Shown piece after piece: positions 120,050-124,000 of a stretch of 124,000 nt of DNA. The notes below the pieces were generated by a model that ran no database searches, was not told the origin of the DNA, and worked only from the letters and a program-made list of their open reading frames with translations. Origin of the DNA: Octopus vulgaris (Eukaryota); NCBI GenBank assembly GCA_951406725.2, contig OX597834.1, positions 39,948,001-40,072,000 of the forward strand, read 5' to 3'. Position 1 is the stretch's first letter, and each line of letters begins with the position of its first letter. A program made the translations under genes and the position numbers.

Positions 120050-120430
120050 TGGTGGTGCAATGGCCCTGTGGTTAGGGCAGCGGACTCGCGGTCATAGGAT
120101 CGTGGTTTCGATTCCCAGACCGGGCGTTGTGAGTGTTTATTGAGCGAAAACACCTAAAGCTCCACGAGGCTCTGGCAGGGGATGGTGGTGATCCCTGCTG
120201 TACTCTTTCACCACAACTTACTCTCACTCTTACTTCCTGTTTCTGTTGTACCTGTATTTCAAAGGGCCGGACTTGTCACTCTCTGTGTCACGCTGAATAT
120301 CCCCGAGAACTACGTTAAGGGTACATGTGTCTGTGGAGTGCTCAGCCACTTACACATTAATTTCACGAGCAGGCTGTTCCGTTGATTTGGATCAACCGGA
120401 ACCCTCGTTGTCATAACCAACGGAGTGCTT
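120050..120430 (+). mobile_element. tRNA-derived SINE, head C + X tail, low divergence
   Basis: tggccctgtggttagggcagcggactcgcggtcataggatcgtggtttcgattccc...ggagtgc. Confidence 0.88.
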
Positions 120431-120949
120431 CCTTAGTTAGGTTCCCATATGCTGTTCATATTTACACTTGGTCTGCTTAGGAGGTTAAATATAGAGCTGT
120501 ATGATCTGTTTATCCTGTCGTCTGATTGCCCAACAAGGAAGAAAATGACAGAAGCAACATACACAAGGTTTGAAGGTTCAGTCCCACTGCGTGGCACCTT
120601 AGATAAGTGTCTTCAACTATAGCCTTAGGCCGACCAAAGCCTTGTGAGTAGATTTGGTCGACGGAAACTGAAAGCAGCCCATCTTGTGTGTGTGTGTGTG
120701 TGTTTCTCCTCTGCCCTACCACCGCTTGACAATCGGCATTGGTATGATTAAGTTCCGTAACTAGACAGTTCAGCAAAAAGAGACTGATAGAATAAATACC
120801 AGATATTAACAAAAAAAAAAACCAGTAGTCATGTCAATTTATTCAACTAAAATTCTTCCAGGCAGTACCCCAGCATGGCCACAGCCTAAAGGCCAAAACA
120901 ACTGAAAGATAAAAAAAAATAAGAATACGCACACACTAACACACATACA

Positions 120950-121479
<530 letters not shown>

Positions 121480-122309
121480 GAAGATTTTTACAATATGCTC
121501 TAATCTTAAAAACAAAGGAACCACTGTGCTGTGTTTGCTGTAAGTGTACACAATATACAATGGAATAAATATTCCGAAGTCTTTTGTGTCTGCAGCCAAA
121601 TATTACATTCCTTGGAATCAAGTCAAAATACTCAGAAATCTGGCCTTCTTTGGCATGAGAGTGAAAAACCATTTCAGAGGAGAATAAAAAGTTTGACTTT
121701 GTGCTTGAGAAATATGGTTGTTTAAGTGCAGTATTCAATTATATTGAGTGACCGTTCAGACTAAGTTATTCCAGATTCATCAGCAGCAGCAGCATCATCA
121801 TAGTAATCATCATTGTTTTAACATCTGCTTTTCTATGCCGGCATGGGTCGGACAGAATTTGTTGGGGGCAGATTTTCCATGGCTACATACTCTTTGCAAT
121901 GCCAACCCCTTACCTGTTTCCAAGCATTGGAAATATTTTTCCCCATAGTCAGACAATGGTTTTTGTGAAAGACTGGACATGAATGACCCCTCTTGTATGA
122001 TGATGATGATGATGCTCGTTTAGAGCCATCATATGATGTCTAGACAAGGCTACACACACCACACACACACAACACATCACACACATACACACAAGTGAAG
122101 GGTTTCATTTTCCAGTACACAGAATTATTCATTTCCGGCCCCTAATCATGCCAGTTCCTGTCAACCTGTCCAACCCATGCCAGTTTGGAAAGAGGACATA
122201 TAATGATGATAATCATCATTATCATGATTGATGGTGATTGATGATGACTGATGATCATTGACCGGTAAAACAAGCCAGCTTTTCTTTTGACATGTTCAGT
122301 TTGAATTAT

Positions 122310-122780
122310 TCTTTTATTCTCTTACTTGAATCAGTCATTTGGCTGCAGCCATGCTGGAGCACCGTATTAAAGGGGGTTTTTTTTAGTTGAAAAAAATCAA
122401 CCCCAGGACTTATTCTTTGCAAGCCATGTACTTATTGTATCAGTCTCTTTTGCCGAACTGCTAGGTTACAGGGATGTAAACATACCAACATCAGTTTGTC
122501 AACTGATGGTGGGGAGACAAACACAGACACAATGACACACACATACGCACGCACACACACACACACACACATATATACACACACATACACACACACACAC
122601 ACACACAGACACACACACATGATGGGCTTCTTTCGGTTTCCATTTACCAAATCCACTCACAAGGCTTTGGTTGGCCTGAGATCATAACAAGAAACACTTG
122701 CCCAAGGTTCCACGCTGTGGGACTGAACCCGGAACCATGTGGTTGGGAAACAAGCTTCTTACCACACAGCCACACCTGTG
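122310..122780 (-). mobile_element. Family A SINE
   Basis: Match to family A copies. Confidence 0.85.
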
Positions 122781-122944
122781 CCCACAATATTATTATTGTT
122801 TTTTGTTCATTGAAATATGAAATGAAAGTGTGAAGGAAATGCTTATCTTAATGTCCATCATCATTGTCCTTTGACATCTGTTTTCCATTCTGGCATGGGT
122901 TGGACGGTTTGACAGAGGCTGCCTAGGTAGAAGACTGCACTGGC

Positions 122945-123320
122945 AGTGAACTGGCAGAAACCTTAGCATGCTGGGCAATATGCTTAGTGGTATTTCGTCT
123001 GCCGTTACATCCTAAGTTTAAAAATCCGCTGAGGTTGACTTTGCCTTTCATCCTTTTGGGGTCGATTAAATAAGTACCAGTGAAGCACTAGGGTCGATAT
123101 AATCAACTTAACCCCTTTGTATGCCCTTGTTTGTCCCCTCTGTGTTTAGCCCCTTGTGGGTAGTAAAGAAATAGGTATTTCGTCTGCCATTACGTTCTGA
123201 GTTTAAATTGCGCCGAGGTTGACTATACCTTTCATCCTTTCGGGGTTGATAAATTAAGTACCAATTGCAGACTGGGGTTAATGTAATCAACTGGTCCCCT
123301 CCCCCAAAATTTCAGGCCTT
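122945..123320 (+). mobile_element. Family B SINE dimer
   Basis: aagaaatag|gtatttcgtc junction near 123175. Confidence 0.85.
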
Positions 123321-124000
123321 GATTTTTTCCTTATACTTACACCATAGCAGCCCGGAGACCGATTTGTGGTTTAAACTGGATTTGGTACTTGTATATCTAC
123401 AGTACCCTACTATAGTTCCAGGGGTGAATTATTCAACCCCCAAAGAATCTCAGCAAGACTTGTGCCAAAATTTGAAACCAAAGTAATCAGATAGAAAAAA
123501 GCCATGAAAAAAATAGATAAGCTCCCAGTGAAAGTCTAGCTTTCTTTCCCAGCTGAATTTGTTCCACTTCATTTGTGTCGCTTATGCTTTTCATAAATTC
123601 CATGTCCTCGTTCCCCCAGTAAACTGTGACGATGTTCATCAGTTAGAAACCAATGTTTAGGTCCATTAAGAATTCTACTTTAAATATTCTTCATTTCTTG
123701 TCAATTCTCGGAAGATTAAATTAAATTTTGATTACAAACAAATTGAATTATTGCAACAATTAATTAATTAAAAAAATATTATCATTAGACTTAATTAGTT
123801 TAAAAAAGAAACAATAATATTTTTTCAATATATTGTATGTATATACGTGAGTGCGTATAATGTGAGTTTATGGGATTGTGTATACATCAGCATGTATATA
123901 TGACTGCATACATGAATGTGTGTATATATGTGTAGAATTTCCATAAACTAACAACAAAACAAATACTTCTGTAATAAAAAAAAAAAATCACATTTTTTTT

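Overview
Repeat-saturated, AT-rich eukaryotic DNA, almost certainly from an Octopus genome. This is inferred from dense (TA)n/(CA)n/(AAT)n/(CCA)n microsatellites and tRNA-derived SINEs of the octopus type. Almost every ORF in the supplied track is a microsatellite or repeat artefact. The one recognisable gene is on the minus strand: the 5' part of a SynGAP/DAB2IP/RASAL2-family Ras GTPase-activating protein (Drosophila raskol-like). Two 104-bp coding exons (49071-49174 and 736-839) are separated by a 48-kb intron and join in frame as DSSNEKFSNDRRGSMPLVPSVDGGNMEMGTTSKLA|HFFTKKGLRTNLKRTKSVTKLDRKRSASNVCERE. The gene runs off the left edge. Upstream are at least three candidate alternative first coding exons whose phase-1 donors fit the 49174 acceptor (71791-71938, 90511-90568, 113356-113422) and two phase-0 candidates (58368-58424, 73548-73610). 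The rest of the window holds several SINE families, 5'-truncated RTE, CR1 and R4/Dong LINE pieces, Penelope-like fragments with hammerhead-like cores, Tc1/mariner/maT, hAT, piggyBac-like, Crypton-like and Helitron remnants, long hairpin elements and minisatellites. Family labels A, B, C, K, X and Meta are my working names. Repeat boundaries were read by eye and are approximate (usually within tens of bp), and not every copy is listed. Exon boundaries were counted at splice dinucleotides. No database search was run.
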